From a virus (lineage: Duplodnaviria > Caudoviricetes): DNA of 64,000 nt. Under the pieces are notes generated by a model. It had not been told where the DNA came from. It saw only the letters and a program-made list of their open reading frames with translations, and made no database searches. Each line of letters starts with the position of its first letter. Position 1 is the stretch's first letter. The stretch covers positions 50,559 to 114,558 of IMG/VR virus record IMGVR_UViG_3300025872_000041; one strand, given 5' to 3'. Positions 63,999-64,000 of the stretch are shown here, piece by piece. Position numbers and translations under genes: made by a program.

Positions 63999-64000
63999 GG

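Noticed and set aside
1-64000. Stop-codon reassignment (TAG or TGA), known in some crAss-like phages
   Set aside because: Very long ORFs (up to 13.7 kb) and near-complete coding density under the standard code; TGA and TAG both appear as genuine stops.
1-64000. CRISPR array, tRNA genes, integrase, transposase, reverse transcriptase/DGR
   Set aside because: I saw no regularly spaced repeats, no convincing cloverleaf and no matching protein motifs. A tRNAscan/Infernal run would be needed to exclude atypical RNAs.

Overview
The window is part of an AT-rich dsDNA phage genome read in the standard genetic code. Gene content points to a crAss-like phage (Crassvirales or a close relative) infecting a Bacteroidota host. 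The + strand (1-52919) begins with late and virion genes: fibronectin-III/Cys-rich structural proteins, a metallophosphoesterase, an IHF-like protein, two tail ring proteins and a 1579-aa tail stabilisation (muzzle) protein. Next come three modular cargo-like proteins punctuated by recurring xxxGG motifs, an 853-aa cargo protein, a 4552-aa virion RNA polymerase (DFDID active site, fused zincin) and a 1762-aa cargo protein with a PD-(D/E)xK domain. These are followed by a holin, a putative endolysin, a seven-gene cell-envelope module, dcd, phoH and a PRTase-fold gene. The - strand (52999-64000) carries replication and early genes: SSB-like, primase, RusA-like, vWA-peptidase, AAA ATPase, PD-(D/E)xK nuclease, family B DNA polymerase, a DnaA domain IV protein and GroES. 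Four observations stand out: (1) a phage-encoded secreted/surface module (T9SS-sorted cohesin/dockerin protein, CsgG-like lipoprotein, beta-barrel, PA14-dockerin protein, secreted metalloprotease) directly behind the lysis genes; (2) polyprotein-like virion genes in which toxin-like domains are separated by a conserved GGWLxxYQxGG / xxxGG motif; (3) a plausible overprinted membrane-protein gene inside a Gly/Ser linker; (4) two promoter classes plus several candidate structured RNAs. All product calls come from motif recognition by eye; no database search was run.
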